From contig CM120640.1 in NCBI GenBank assembly GCA_051362555.1, forward strand, positions 15,004,001 through 15,068,000: a stretch of DNA of 64,000 nucleotides, read 5' to 3'. Origin of the DNA: Lingula anatina. Lineage: Eukaryota > Animalia > Brachiopoda. A program made the position numbers and the translations under genes. This document shows, piece after piece, positions 39,001 through 52,162 of the stretch; position 1 is the stretch's first letter, and each line of letters starts with the position of its first letter. Below the pieces are notes generated by a model. That model saw only the letters and a program-made list of their open reading frames with translations, did no database searches and had not been told where the DNA came from.

Positions 39001-40495
39001 TAAAAGGCATGACATTTTGACTCTTCACTTAAGGACCTGGATTACATGACTGACTAGACAATTTAATCCCTGAAAGTACTTTATTATCTTTTTGAAATAA
39101 ATATCTATCCTCATTCATCTCAACTAATGGTACACAGCCAAAGTTTGCCCTGTCAACATGCCGCTTCAGGGGATGTGAAGTCAAATTTACTTGTCAACTG
39201 TGATATCAAAAAGCAAACCAATTCATGTATCCATTTACTACTAGATATATATACTGACAGTCAATGAAAATGTTTTTACATGAAATGTGCCACAAAATAC
39301 AAAAACCTTAAATTCCATACCCTGGAATTTTATCTTCTTCTGTATTTGAATGCTTTCTTTTTTTCTTCTCAGTGTTCCCAGTTTCTTGGTCTGTTATGCC
39401 TGGTATCCTAACATTGTGCTTTCTCATTATGTTTATGTCTTCAGGATGTTGGATCTCTTCTGACACTGAAAAGAAATAAGAATATTGCAACTTTTATCTA
39501 CCATCTGTTTTGTTCTTTATATACTCTTGAAAACTATAGACACTTAAAATCAGAATGCAAGGTATCTTTTTTTAAAATATCTTTAACTTAGATAGGTCAG
39601 GTCTCAAGAATGTGCCCAAAATGATTTTAAATTTTGTAAATAAATTAGGAAAGGGGTGTTAGATAACATTAAACAGATTTCTTGTAAATTCTACACACAT
39701 ATGACACTATGCAGAAGATGCACAAAAACTTCAAAACTTCATACTGACTACTATACATCTTATGCCCACCTGTTTAGATCATTCAAAAACATCATTATAT
39801 ACCTTTTTGTAAGACATTCTTTTGCAAATCCCTGATACGTTTTTCCGTTGATTTTCTTGACATATCTTCTCTTCTTTTGCGCAGAGCTTGAAATTTCTAA
39901 AACAATAAGATATAATGAGTTTCATAATACATAAATGGAAAGAAACTGGTAATGATATATACTAAACCCAACTTCCTAAAAGATATCTTTGGCAACATAT
40001 AGTCCTCGTTTTCAGTTAAGATCAGTACCTTTTATAACTGTGCAACATTTTTTTCTAAAAGCATTAAGGTTGAAATGTTTATATGTTCAGATGTCCATAA
40101 ATGTATATATTCTCTTATTTAGTGTATTTAAATAATGCAGGTTACTTTAATATAGAATGTAAAGAAAAAACTTTGTCTTTAGAGAAGACAGAAGGCAAAC
40201 GAATTACAAAAGTTTACTTTTCTATATTACAATTATCTTGAAAATCATATTTATCAATAAACTACAAATAATCACTCCTAGTGATAAGGTTGCTTTCAGC
40301 TACCTCCCATGCTTGCTGTGAAATATTTTTTGGTCTTTCAGTTGAATCAGATGTGTCATGATTTTTCTTGTTTACTTCAGCCGCAGAGACTTTATCGTCA
40401 CCGTTGTTCGCTTTCGGCCCATTATCTTCACTAGCATTGTTGAAAACATCACATCTTAAATCATCTTTGGTTGGCGGTGGTACTCTAGAGTACAT
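33036..40495 (-). CDS. FAM204A: FAM204A homolog, 258 aa; exons 40495-40304, 39896-39803, 39465-39321, 38921-38816, 38457-38368, 33619-33563, 33398-33349, 33078-33036
   Basis: Spliced product has AWEKFQAL, WQNIKQYLGASD, LEEDID...AEKLSDKLANREFGKKIADAIDAKKFVEAKK and RKKKKLHWVFQPKQKWETKSNM*, matching the remembered FAM204A C-terminus ([21 protein letters not shown]). 777 nt total, all phases consistent. Confidence 0.92.
33349..33398 (-). CDS. FAM204A: FAM204A coding exon 7
   Basis: EEEESAVSRKKKKLHW; donor GT|GTAAG. Confidence 0.88.
33563..33619 (-). CDS. FAM204A: FAM204A coding exon 6
   Basis: FGKKIADAIDAKKFVEAKK, 57 nt. Confidence 0.9.
33656..33719 (+). promoter_or_regulatory. Two tandem CTCF-like motifs (with two CAGCACCTGC E-box repeats) at the 5' end of the nested ASB gene
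   Basis: GCCGCTTGGTGGCAGCAC (33656) and CCTGCCAGATGGCAGCAC (33702) versus the CTCF core CCASYAGRKGGCRS; a possible donor G|GTAAGT follows at ~33767. Confidence 0.45.
34296..34525 (+). CDS. ASB-like coding exon 1
   Basis: Acceptor TTTTTCAG| at 34204; open frame to donor CA|GTAAG, phase 2, which joins exon 2 correctly. Confidence 0.65.
34296..37893 (+). CDS. Ankyrin repeat and SOCS box protein (ASB-like); join(34296..34525,35748..35977,37343..37893); start codon uncertain
   Basis: Ankyrin motifs LLERGAKVNAR..GGNTALHIAAKKGHEECLAILLNAGA..D.LGFTPLYYAL.KGYLHCAEMLL; C-terminal SOCS box VLTLQECSRIAIRKHL...LRVPNRVKEYIL. Phases 2 and 1 match. Confidence 0.9.
35748..35977 (+). CDS. ASB-like coding exon 2 (ankyrin repeats)
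   Basis: CATCCAG| acceptor; GNTALHIAA motif; donor G|GTGTGT. Confidence 0.9.
35978..36015. repeat. (GT)n microsatellite forming the ASB intron-2 splice donor
   Basis: GTGTGT... starts exactly at the donor GT. Confidence 0.9.
37343..37893 (+). CDS. ASB-like coding exon 3 (ankyrin repeat and SOCS box)
   Basis: TTTAAG| acceptor; GFTPLYYA and SOCS box; stop TAG; AATAAA at 38327. Confidence 0.92.
38368..38457 (-). CDS. FAM204A: FAM204A coding exon 5
   Basis: TKLEEDIDLCVKQGDFETAEKLSDKLANRE, 90 nt. Confidence 0.9.
38816..38921 (-). CDS. FAM204A: FAM204A coding exon 4
   Basis: EEWQNIKQYLGASDHLKG; phase 2 to 0. Confidence 0.88.
39321..39465 (-). CDS. FAM204A: FAM204A coding exon 3
   Basis: SEEIQHPED...EKKKRKH (NLS-like); phase 1 to 2. 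Confidence 0.85.
39803..39896 (-). CDS. FAM204A: FAM204A coding exon 2
   Basis: KFQALRKRREDMSRKSTEKRIRDLQKNVLQK; bounded by AG and GT. Confidence 0.88.
40304..40495 (-). CDS. FAM204A: FAM204A coding exon 1
   Basis: MYSRVPPP...QQAWE|GTAGC, phase 0. Confidence 0.85.
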
Positions 40496-40499
40496 TTTC

Positions 40500-41300
40500 C
40501 TTCAACCGTTTCATATAACGCTCTCAGGGCGAAATAGCCAAACCATAACAAATGCACATGTTACTCTCCGCCATTTTGACCTTATGTAGGGCAAGGTTGC
40601 AGATCAAGGTGAAACATTGAAAATTAGCTCCAATATTCAAACAAATTTTTACTGCGCTAAGACCTTTATGCGTTGCAGAAATCAACAACAACCAGCCCCA
40701 AAACGTCCGTTTATGTTTTTACGATATTTATAATCAGATATCCACAGTGCTAGGGGAAAGTGCCCCCTCCCCCTTTCTCGGGCTGCGCAGTGATATCCAA
40801 CACACGCCGCGTACGGGTGTACAATTTATGACGCGTGGTTCGGCTGATTAACGCACCTGTTGGATGTAGAACTCTACGTTGAAGCCTGGATAACAAGGAA
40901 AGTTGACGTAGAAGAACCCAGTTAGCATTTGATTTTCGTTTCAAACAACGGTAGGTAACTTTCCACGCATGCTCATATCCACAGACATTAAATTTCTTTC
41001 TCTTTTTGTCTATGCGTTGCACTGTCTTGTCTTAGTCGGTGTCCCACGACCTGTAACTTGTTAGACTATCTCAGCCACAGCTGCTGTTATACACTATATA
41101 TAGGCACTGGCAGTAGGGGGAGTCTGGGAGGTTGCGAGTGAATACAGACCGTGAACAAACTTATTCTACAGGGCTGTTCTTCTTGCATTGAACTGACGAC
41201 CATAAAGAGTTTACGGTATATTTTATTGAAGTTAACAGAACCAACTGGTGCGGTGGAATTATTACCCTCACCCTAATTTGATGTATCATACTACGAAATT
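40500..41300. promoter_or_regulatory. CpG island, probable bidirectional promoter (FAM204A leftward; secreted-protein gene rightward)
   Basis: Dense CpG (CGCCGCGTACGG, ACGCGT); YY1 motif CCGCCATTTT at ~40568, reading AAAATGGCGG in FAM204A sense ~80 nt upstream of its ATG; flanks are CpG-poor. Confidence 0.65.
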
Positions 41301-41464
41301 GTGACCGAATATTTCATAAATTTTTACAAAATATACATTTGTTATGCATGTCATTTTCATTATCGATTAAGTATTTTTGTAGAAATTTAAGATACGACAC
41401 ACAGTAGTTTTTTTTATTTATTTTTTTTTTGGGGGGGAGGGGGGGTTAGGGTGCATGACAACTA

Positions 41465-41558
41465 TCTGAAGGTTCACTATAGAACTTTCAGATTAACAAA
41501 CCCTTTTATAAAAAACTGATGAATATGTTACAATTTTTTGGACCAGTGAACCTTCAGA
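41465..41558. repeat. Short inverted-repeat element (perfect 14-bp arms), MITE-like
   Basis: TCTGAAGGTTCACT (41465-41478) and AGTGAACCTTCAGA (41545-41558). Confidence 0.6.
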
Positions 41559-43048
41559 CTATAGAGGAGTGCCTGATTTTTATATGCCTTATAAACATAA
41601 CATAAAGTAAGCATATTTCCTTGCATATCATTCATTTAAGGAACAACGTCAGTACATCATATGATGAAAGTATCACATGAAGATTTACTGAAGAGATTTT
41701 CTCCTTATGTCCTTATGATATTAATTTCTATTGAACTTTTGGAACTGTTATTGAAAGCTGGAAATTATAAGCCACATTTTGCTTGTTGTCACTTTTCTGA
41801 ATATTGTGAGTGATATGCCTGTTTAGTTTTCATAAGTGTAGAAATGTCTTTTATACTTTGTAGGTCACAACTCACAAGATTTTTTTCCATCTTTACTCTT
41901 ATAATTGTATATTGCAGTTCTAATCTCGGCTATATTTAGGGTTGAATGAGTACACCTGGATTAATCATATTTGCCATAGAAAAGATTCCAGTCCAAAACC
42001 ATGTGAATTCCTTATGCATTATTTCATATCGTTTGATGTTGATAGAACTTTTGAAGGATGGTATACATGAAAAGTAAATATTCATTGTCCCTGTGAATAA
42101 GTATGATTTTCATGTTGATAGCCCATTATGATGTATAAACCTCAAGTGCAAATAGCTTTTAGGGAAATTGGATTGCAGATGATAAAATCTCACCACTGAG
42201 TGTTATATCATGTGGTTCAGTAAATATGTATTCATATGTGAAATCGCTCACAATTAGGAATTTAAGTCTTGTAGAATCAGTACAAATTAGCTAGGCATTC
42301 CTTATTTAAAATAAATTCTGTCAAATATTACTAGTAAATATAAGGGAAGAAACAAGAGATTTTGACCAAAAAATATTATAAAGTTTGATGACATTTACTA
42401 GTATATAAGAAACAGGTTATCTGTTAATGTAGACAGAAAATGAGAATATTTATAAGCTTCTTTATTACAGTACAAAGCTCTATGTTTAGTGTAACATCTT
42501 TTATTTAAAGCACAATTGCCTTGTTATCTTGAATACAAAGATACTTGAGACTTGGGCTCGAGTCGTCTCTGAATGACTTTAATTCTCTTCATAAACAGTC
42601 TGTTTTTCTAAAAACAGAAATCCAATACCTCACAAGATCATTCAAAATGATTTAAGAATTGGATTAACTGCCAAGGTGCTCTCAGCCTGGGGGGCTGCCA
42701 TTCTTCTCTCAAATACTTCTCACTGGTAATTATGGTCATCAGTTTTGAATACAATTTATATACTGCTGGGATGAAGGAAGGCAGAAATCATTGGGGGCCA
42801 AAATTCATTATAAATGGCCTAATCGTCTTGATCTTATTTAATTTGTACAGTTTCGCCCGAAGCATAGTCCATTAGAGACAAGATGGTGAATTGTTGAAAG
42901 GGCACCATAACCAGATGCTGAGCTGCTGAAAAAATGTTTTGCCTTGAAATTTGAAGATGGATTGTTCAGTTATGTCAAGGTAAGTCATAGATGGAAGTAA
43001 TATGAGCCCTGACTGTGTGTATGTGTGTGTGTGTTCATTTGTGGAATT

Positions 43049-43175
43049 CAGGGATGAGATTTTTCTAGCTATGGGGGGGATTTCTGACTTTTTGGGAGCT
43101 AAAAATAATTTGTCGAGGCAGCCCCCAAGACTCCACGCTATATTTTCCCACATTTTCACTAAATCGCAGTCCCTG
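43049..43175. mobile_element. Small MITE with CAGGGA ends and near-perfect 5-bp TSD
   Basis: Left CAGGGATGAGATTT; right end reverse-complements to CAGGGACTGCGATTT; flanks GAATT / AAATT. Confidence 0.55.
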
Positions 43176-45076
43176 AAATTTGTGGGTTAAGTCAGCTAAC
43201 AATTGAAATTTCTACCATCAGGAAGGTAGCTTTTCTTCTGACCATTAATTGATATAAACCTGTATAAAATATATATTTTAAATACATATACTACTCCAAA
43301 ACAATTTTTCATGAATGAGCTCTTAATGAAACTGCTGGTGTAAAAAATTCAATGAAAACATAAGCATTTGGTTCTGTGTAAGGACACTGAATATGACTGA
43401 ATAAAAAGATTACTAGTATTCAAATGCAGTTTTTATTGAGGCTCCAGCCTTGCTTTGAACATGATATATCAGCCAACTTAAGCACTTCCTCCAGGTCCTA
43501 TCTGATGCTTAACAAACACTGATCAACTCTTGTAGATTTACAAAGGCCATACATTTCTTTTTACTTATCATCTGTGCCGCTTTTTTTGTCTGAGTCTCCA
43601 GTGTCACAATTGAGCTTGCTTGATCTAAGTACCTGTACTTCCCTAGAAGATAGGTGTGTTTAGGACTAGGTACTAAGTTTTATTTGCATTAACAAGGTGG
43701 TTATACTGTACAGTTTTTTGTGTTTTTCACAAGATTTATACTAGTTCAAAAAATTTTAATTGAAATTATCAAAAGTCCTTATTAGTTTTTCAGATGAGCA
43801 CTCCACCCACTCTCTTATTGATATTAAATTTTTAAAAAGTAGAAATGAAGTTTTACAGATCTTTTCTAGCAGATGTGTAAAAAAAAAAAAAGTGGTGTGT
43901 AGAGGAACTGTTTAGCCATTCTCTGTATCCAATTTTGTCAATGTTTGTGAAAATTACTTTAATCTTGTTTTTACTTGAATTTCGTTATTTTATTTTACAA
44001 AATTTGAAAGAAGTAATAATCATTGAATTTGAGCAATATTTGTTGTAATGGGTCAAATTGCTATTTCCTTATTGTGTTAACCTATTATCTGGAACTCAAA
44101 AGGGGTCTCTTAACGGGTAACCCACTTTGATGTGTAAACTGGCAAAAAGATTGTTTTTAAAAAACTTACTATGTTAGCAAGAAATACAATTTTCACCCAG
44201 GAGCTTAAATAAACAACCATGGCTAGAACAAAGTAAAACTGTAATTCAGACCAGGCTGTGTTTGTTACCTTTTGCTGTAATAATAACCGAAAATCCCAAC
44301 TGGGAGTTATTACAGTCGAAAAGTGGGTGAGAGGCTGACGAAAAAATAAAAGAGGGGTGACGGAAAAGATCAAGAGCCTTGAAATAGTAATCCCTAATAT
44401 AACATTGTTAGCATACCAACTTCATTCTTCTTAGCTGTGTAGTATTATGGATATTAGAAGCATGTATGTAATACAAATACTCTTCCCTCAAAGGAAGAAT
44501 TCCCTCCAAAATATTATGTTGGCCCCACCTGATCCGGCATCGTCTTGTTCTGGGGACTCCCGAGCTCTAATATAAACCAGTCAGCCGTAAAAAGGAAAAT
44601 AAATTGGATTGTTCAGCTTGTTAAATCATAACAAAACTTATTTTAGATGTTTATTTGCAAGTTCTGTTGAGCAGAAACAGTCATTCATGTGCAATATAAG
44701 CAGGTTTAATGGAAGTGGTTTGGGAGAGCCCTAGAAGCTAACCTGTGCATGAATTGCACAAGGGAGGGGTGAGACTGATAGAGACTTTAATCTCAAATTG
44801 CGGTGGACATCAAACAACATGCATTTCTTTAATAGTTAATGTAGTAATCAGTTCATAGTGAGGTCCTAAACTTCAGATTGTTCAACGACAAACACTGCCA
44901 GATCAAACGAACATGATATAAAGTAAGTTGATGCCCACACCAGGTAAGATACTTCAGGTAGATATATCCAGGTGAAAGAGGTATGTCATTTGAAGTGTAG
45001 GGCTTGATCAAAGGCACAGAATATATCTAGAATAGATAGTTCTGTCTCAGTTATTTACATAGAACAAAAAATCAAA

Positions 45077-45115
<39 letters not shown>
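45077..45115. repeat. (ATT)n microsatellite
   Basis: About 13 tandem ATT units. Confidence 0.9.
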
Positions 45116-48100
45116 GCATTTATTTTTTATGTCTTTATCTGAATATAATATAAGTTATAGTTTTTCCATGTATTTGAAAATCTCAGGTGAGGTAAATTAG
45201 TGATATCAAAAGTTGATGAAAACTAACAAAAATATTATAAAAATAATCAAGTAAAAAGATTAAGTAATTGTCTCCTGTGAGTATTTAAAATTCTATATTT
45301 GATTGATGATTTCAAAAAATGTTTAATATTTTGTAGAATTCTATTACACTTGAACCAGTGAACATTGAATACTTTGTTATGTTCTTGTTTTTTTGCCAGA
45401 GAGGAACAAGTACAAACTGGTCATTTAACTCATAGGAATCAAGTTAACTACACTCCTATGTCTAAATTCTTGTCATTTATATATGTAATGTGCTATCAGT
45501 ACATGAAAAAAGGACATTAAAGCACACAATCCTTCTATCATGGAGTATTAAGTAGTTTTGGAAACATAAATCTTTAAGGTTGGCATTTGGCAGAAGGGAC
45601 AGCGAGTCTCATAAATACATAATTCAAAGAATCATAAACAGCCTGAATGTACAGCTTGTTTGTCCTGTGGTGGTCCTTTTTCTCGTTTCTCTTGTCAAAG
45701 CTAGCATTTTTTGGTTATTCTATTCGGAGCAGACTTTGAAGAAAAGGCTGTTTGTCACTTCACACAAATGCATGATACATCGAGAGGGCAGATGTATTGA
45801 GTTGTTGGCATGTCTTCTAGAAACTTGGCAGTTGTTTTTCTGTGGTAGAGAAGGTCAAAGAGGATAAGGACACCATTTAAAGGTAAACTGTCATGCAACC
45901 ATTACTTGGGGCCATCCAGTTAGTTCACTGACATGGCTTACCCCTGTACCAGTGCTTAATTATAATGATTTCTTTAGAAAGTTTTGTTAATGGAATCTCA
46001 GAGCTCTGTACAATGTAAAATAACCGAAAATAAGAAATTTACAGAATTACAATACTCAGGATTAAGGATTGCAAAAGAATTGTAATTGTTTACTAATACT
46101 TTTTGATACAGGTTGGTTCTTGTGCTCAAAATTTGAATTGTGGAAACAGCATAAAATAGAAATGTTCATGTTGGCTGGGGAAATGATCTTCTTTGTTCTG
46201 TTAAATCTGTTCACATCTTTGGATATCAGAGTTTTAAGTTCATATCCTATGCAAGAAATAAAATGAAAATAATAAATTCTTTTATGACATTTTCCATTGA
46301 AATTTCAGCATACTTTATATAATAACTTACATATTTCAAGAACCCTGACAGTAAAACAGTTTAATGAATCTAAAAATAAAAGAAACACAAAAAAGGTACA
46401 CAGGCATTTAGCAACACATCTTGATCCAGAAATATTACATGGATAACAAATTATGTCATTATGACCAGGTGTGCCCAGGAATAATAGCCTTATATTTGCA
46501 TCAGGGTGAGGTACAAGCTGTGGTCAGCGGCCTCATTTAGATCAGGGTAAAGATATAGCCAATCTAATCACTGAAAATGTTTTCCTCTTACACCTCAATA
46601 TTGTAATGTTTAATTTAGAACTTGTGTGGAACAAGAGTTTGAGACTTAAGATGTGTTGATAGAATTAAACACTGGCTATAGGTGTGCAGTGGTTGTGCAA
46701 GTTTTCAAAGAGACAATGCTTGTAATATTTCATCTGATATGAGACTTGAAAATAAGCTGGGGCATGTGCCTGCCAGGTAATTATTGTGGAAGTAAGAAAG
46801 CAATGAAGATAAAATCTTACACGTAACAATTAACATTTTAATGTGCAGCAGGTGAGCAATTTATCTGAAGTCGAAGGGAGAGTATACCAGGGTACACTGA
46901 CTTTTCTGTATGTGTCCATGTTATTACTCATTTCACTTTTTATTAGTAGGTGAGATGTTGCTTAATACTTGTATTTTAAATTTAAGTTCATTTTTTGGGT
47001 AATGCCAATATTCTCGTTGAAGGCTGTGTGCCCTGAAACAGTATCTAAACTTGCCTATCACAGCTATCTGACTTAACCCAATAGCTTTGTTATCTGTATG
47101 TCTGCTTTATCTAGAAATGATTGCTTTATGGCCAAGACAGCCAGACTGAGTGAAAGTAATACACAAATAAGTGGACAGAATACCATAAAAAATCACACCT
47201 AACTGCAGATGATTATTTTATGACCAAGAAGGCAAGACTTGCTGGAAAGATTGTCTGAATGTTCAAGTAAAGTTGATTACAGGGAAGGAGAGAAATACAA
47301 TAGAAAGGCACTATCAGAATACTCAAATAGGACTGGAATGGCCAGCCATTATGATTTTTTGGCAAATTACTAGTATCCTGAAAAGGTGCAAAAACTGACA
47401 GCTTGTAGGTACTGTGTGTCTCTTGACCAGGACTATCACTCAAATGTGGAAGGATACAGGTGATGTCAAAATATAGTAGACAACTCCTAACACCTATAGA
47501 TGGTTTGCTTACTCAAGTAAAGCACCTGTTTAATCCCCCCCCCCCCCCCTCCTCTTTTAACACACAGGTGAATCCGGTGAAGCAGCAAAGGTGAAGCCAG
47601 TCTAAGTTGGCAGGGTGAATAACTAGCCTTATCTCAGTCTTCATCTCCAGCCGCGCTCCACATCAAAGGATCTGGACAGTGTGTGCTTCCCACTTGACAT
47701 TTATTTAGAAGGGGACTTAGAGTAGAAAGGTGTGTTTTGTATTGGACAGTAGATCACTGTGGGCAGATCAAACTGTTCTGTTGACACCTTACACAAGTAA
47801 GATACAGATATCAAAGGATTGATCCACTTTTGTCAGCACAGACACAGACATCATATTTGTATTGTGAAGACATAACATCTGGCTTAGGAAAGGCCTGAAG
47901 AGCTAGCTCTGTACTGTGACTACTTTCGGGGAGGATACTGGGAGACTTAGTGAGAACTAGGATACAACTTATATTGAATTCTACTTAGGAAGTACGATTG
48001 GTAGAAATAAAACCTACAGGAAGGGAATCAGTTTACTTAATTGGTGATTTTTCTCAGTGTGGTGAGTACCAATTCTCTCTGTTGCTTAGTGACTCTAGGA

Positions 48101-51100
48101 GCACTAAGCTGTGAAGCTTGTAGTTTTATCTATGCACTTAAAAAGTAGTTGTAGTCAAGGAAACTATAAGTCAGATTGTGTGAAAATTATTCCAGGGCTG
48201 CCTGAAGTTGATGTATTTCATTTATACTGAAGTGACCTTAGAGGTTTCTCGAAATGTTCATTTTACCTTAATTCAAGAGAATATATGTATAATAAATAGA
48301 TGTCAACTCCATGGACACCAAGGTTAAGTGTCGTGACAACCAATCATTCTGCTTCATGTTTTCTACTAGAAATCCCCAGTGAATTGTTTGAGGATAAAGT
48401 ATTTCAAACTAAAAACCAAAGTTAATTTTTTACCATGACAGGGCTGTCAGTTCTGAAGGCCCATCTCTAAAACTGACAACTTGATATTAGTAAGGAAATG
48501 GTAGGTTACAGCAAAATTGCATGCATGTCTGACTTAGAAAAAAAAAAGATTTATTTTCTTATCTGCATCTATTACTTTGGACATGAAATCTTACCTAGGG
48601 TTTGATTGGCCTTGGAAGTGGTGTGGATTCAGATATGCACATTCAAGCCTATAAAGTTCATCTTGGGTATGTCATGAGTACACAGAGAATGAGATTTTTT
48701 AGTGTGGATCTATAAAACTTCTTGTCAATACTTTTTCTCAAAAAAATTATTTTGCTATGCATTGATATAAGGGGAGCACAGTTATGATTTATTCCAAAGA
48801 AATAATATGTTACATTTTCCTGCCTAATTCATTGCAGAAATTCATTGCAGAGATTGAGTTTTTAATCTTTTTTCAATCTTCTTCCTATATCAGGCTTGTG
48901 TATGAATGATGAAATATTGCTGCTTCTAAATTTTCAAGGCTTCTCATGGACCAAGCTCTCTTTACATCAGGCAGGTAAAAGTCAGGAGGTAGTAAATCCT
49001 TATAAGCAGGTGGGAAATTTTTCAATGGACCAAGCTTAATAAGTGCTAGCTGGCTATAGTAAGCTGTCTGGTGGTCCAATACCCTGCCAGCACATGGGGA
49101 GATAATAATGGACTGTTTTCCAAATTGACCACCATCAGGTCTGGGTGGTGTACAAATGGGTCTGCTGGTCCCCTCACACCTGAGCTTAGTGTCTTTGAAC
49201 AGAGGCCCAGGTAATTAGTTGTTTAGATCCGAGATCCCAGCAGTTTATTACAGCTTGTCAGGAGAGTTGATACTTTGAGATCAAGAGCTGGAAATATTTC
49301 TCTTTGTTATCCTTGTGTGTTAATTTGATGTGATTTTAATGATGCTGAAATGGTAGGAAGGAAAGAAAGGAATCAAAGTCCTCAGGCCACAATGGCTTGG
49401 AGTGGGTGTGCAGCTTGGAAGAGGTTGATTGTGCTTTCTGTTCACCGAACAGTAGGAATGGATGCGGGTACTGTGGCTGAATAGATAGGCAGCGCTCTAA
49501 GGATCAAATGATTTTGCCTCCTAACAAGCCAGCTTTGTGGAGATTTCAAATCTGTTTTTTTACACTTTGAAAAGTAAACAGCATTAAAGAAACATTTAAA
49601 ATAGAAGAAGTGGTTAGAAAATAGCATGCTGGTGATCTTTTGCACTGGTTTTGATATCATTAGCTATATTTACACAATGCATAATATTAGCCACTCGGGT
49701 CAACAAGATAAATTTGTTCAAGTACACCCCATCAATCTCCATCAAGCTTGTTTTTGTTGTAAAGTCAACTTTGCGTAATAGATTGGGTGTTGTGTGACAG
49801 GAAATGGATTCACGTTTCAAAAAGAAGAGAGTTGTACACTACATCACTGGCAGCAGCTTGTCAACCCAGCCTTTATACACTGTATGCCATAGTGGGTAAA
49901 GATATAATTCTAAAATTGAAATTTTTGTATTTTAAAAAATTTACATTTGTTTGTTGAAACATGTTTGTAGAATTGTTGTTGGTTGTTGGGATTCTGCTTC
50001 AATTTTAGTTGGGGTAACTCTGACATGCCTAGACACTGAAGAGATCAAGTGCCCTTGTATAGCTTAGTGATGGTCTTTGGTAATTTCTATTATCTGGAAG
50101 CCCATTCTATTGCTGGGAGATACTGTGGATTGTTAAGGGATTGAAATGATTACAATCTGAAAAATCAGATCCAGGGATACACAGTTTAATTAAAAATCAC
50201 AAATACTTTAAGACCTGAGTTGATCAAAGAGTGCTTAAACTTCATCATCTCAGTTTGGGGTTTAGTGGTTTGTGTACCCCAGGGTAAGGTATGATAATCT
50301 GGTCCCTGATCTATCACCTTTCAACCTGTCTTGCCTTCCACATACAGTCTTCTGAGAGGTAGACACAAGTCACAGCAAAACAACACTGGTCTGCAGTTAC
50401 TGCCAGGAACATGGATAGGAACAACAAATTCCCCATATCCATGTTAAATGACTTGCTGTTATATGATACTGATAGAGAACATGGATAATAAGTTGGTATT
50501 GTCACTTCGCAGGTCATTGGATGTTGCTGTGATCTTGAGGAGTAAATCCTCTCAACTGTCAGTATACCTTTTTATGCCGCGTTGTCCAGGTGCACTGAGG
50601 ATGCACAACTGATTGACAGCACACTCTCCGGGCCAACAGGGCGCCCCATTGGACAGCCAGTTTATTAAATTTCGAGTAGGTTTTAAACCGATTTGGACTG
50701 TCTGGATGGGAGCACTCTACAGATAGACTGGAGCACTACTTCAGAAGTGGATTTTTGTCAGTTTTATTAGTGCTGTCGATTGGATAATTTTGCAGGTCTG
50801 TAGTTTTGGTAGTGTTGAAATGTGTGTCATGGATGGCTTTTTGTTTAGTTATTGAGTGTTTTTCTACAGCAGTATTTGTACACTGTGATTGTACTTGATA
50901 CCATTACATAAATTGTAAAGGGAACGTGTGATATGCCGAATGAACAGGAGGAATTACAGCAATATTTTGACAGATGGAATTTTTTTTCAAAACATGTCAT
51001 GCAGAACACCTCATCAGTACAACACAGTCTTATGGCTGACATCACACTTAGAATATTGCAAAGATCGTCTGTGGACTGTGCCAGTAGCTGCTACAAAAAG

Positions 51101-52059
51101 GCACACAGTTCATGGTGGAATTCCACTCAGATGAAGTCAATTTCAATCGCCAATTGTTTTCAAGAAATTGCTGTTTGTAAGAGAGTATCGCATATCTTTT
51201 ATGAAGAAAAACATAAATGATGCATTAATAATGTCACACCAAACATAACCTTTTTTGTTGCCAAAATGACAGACTCTGAAAATGTTTTCAAACAAAGAGC
51301 TTTGTGAAAACTTGACTTCGCAGACCCTACTCACCTTGGTAAGAATACACCCCTGCCCTTTATTTTAGAGATCACAGCTACGTTTTTCAGGCAGTGTTTG
51401 AAGCATGCCAAAAAATTAATGTGGGAAAGTAATCTGATATTATTTATTGTTATAATATAAATACGCCAATGAGAATTGGTTCAGTTCATTAATAAGATCC
51501 AAATCTGCAAATGATGACAAGCCCAAATGTTGAATACAGTGGAATACTTATAGACAATATGCATGGAAACTCTTTCTTTTCAAGTTGAGGAGGAAAACAA
51601 AGGCGGTCGAGGTGGTTTTATGGATGATCCAGGGTAGTAAAGATACTAGAGGTTCATGTGACAGCGTATTGATTAGTTCTCACTGTGCACTTGATGGGAG
51701 AGATGGAAAGTGCTCTTGCTCTCAAGGCGGAAAGCACTTTGTTTTGAACAGTTCGCCCTTTCACAGGCAGCATCCTAATCTTGACTAACCGATGGTTGGC
51801 TGGACAGCTTAGACCTTAATCTGATATAATTGGAATTTTTGTTTGTACTGACTGAATTAAGGCTCAGTTTGGTCATATATGCTAGGATTGCTGGTCACTT
51901 TTCAGGTTTGTTATAAATAAGGTTGAAATAGACAGTTTTCTTTTTTTTTTTTTTTTTAATCCTTTAATCCAGGGAACATTTATTTGTTCTGATTTAATTA
52001 TTGGACTAATTGCTCTACTTTTTCATGATTTCAGGGATGATTCCAGATGAGGTTTGGTT

Positions 52060-52162
52060 ATGATGTTGGTGTCATCAGTGCCCAGGTCTTCCAAACATGA
52101 GCTGTGGACCTCTGTCTTGCTGTTGACGGGAATACTGTCTGCCGGGGCTGCAATCGTTGAAG
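52060..52162 (+). CDS. Secreted protein exon 1 (signal peptide)
   Basis: LWTSVLLLTGILSAGAA; acceptor at 52034, donor G|GTAAGT. Confidence 0.8.

Noticed and set aside
47056-47075. TATCACAG, resembling the miR-2 seed
   Set aside because: The match ends just after the seed and I see no hairpin.
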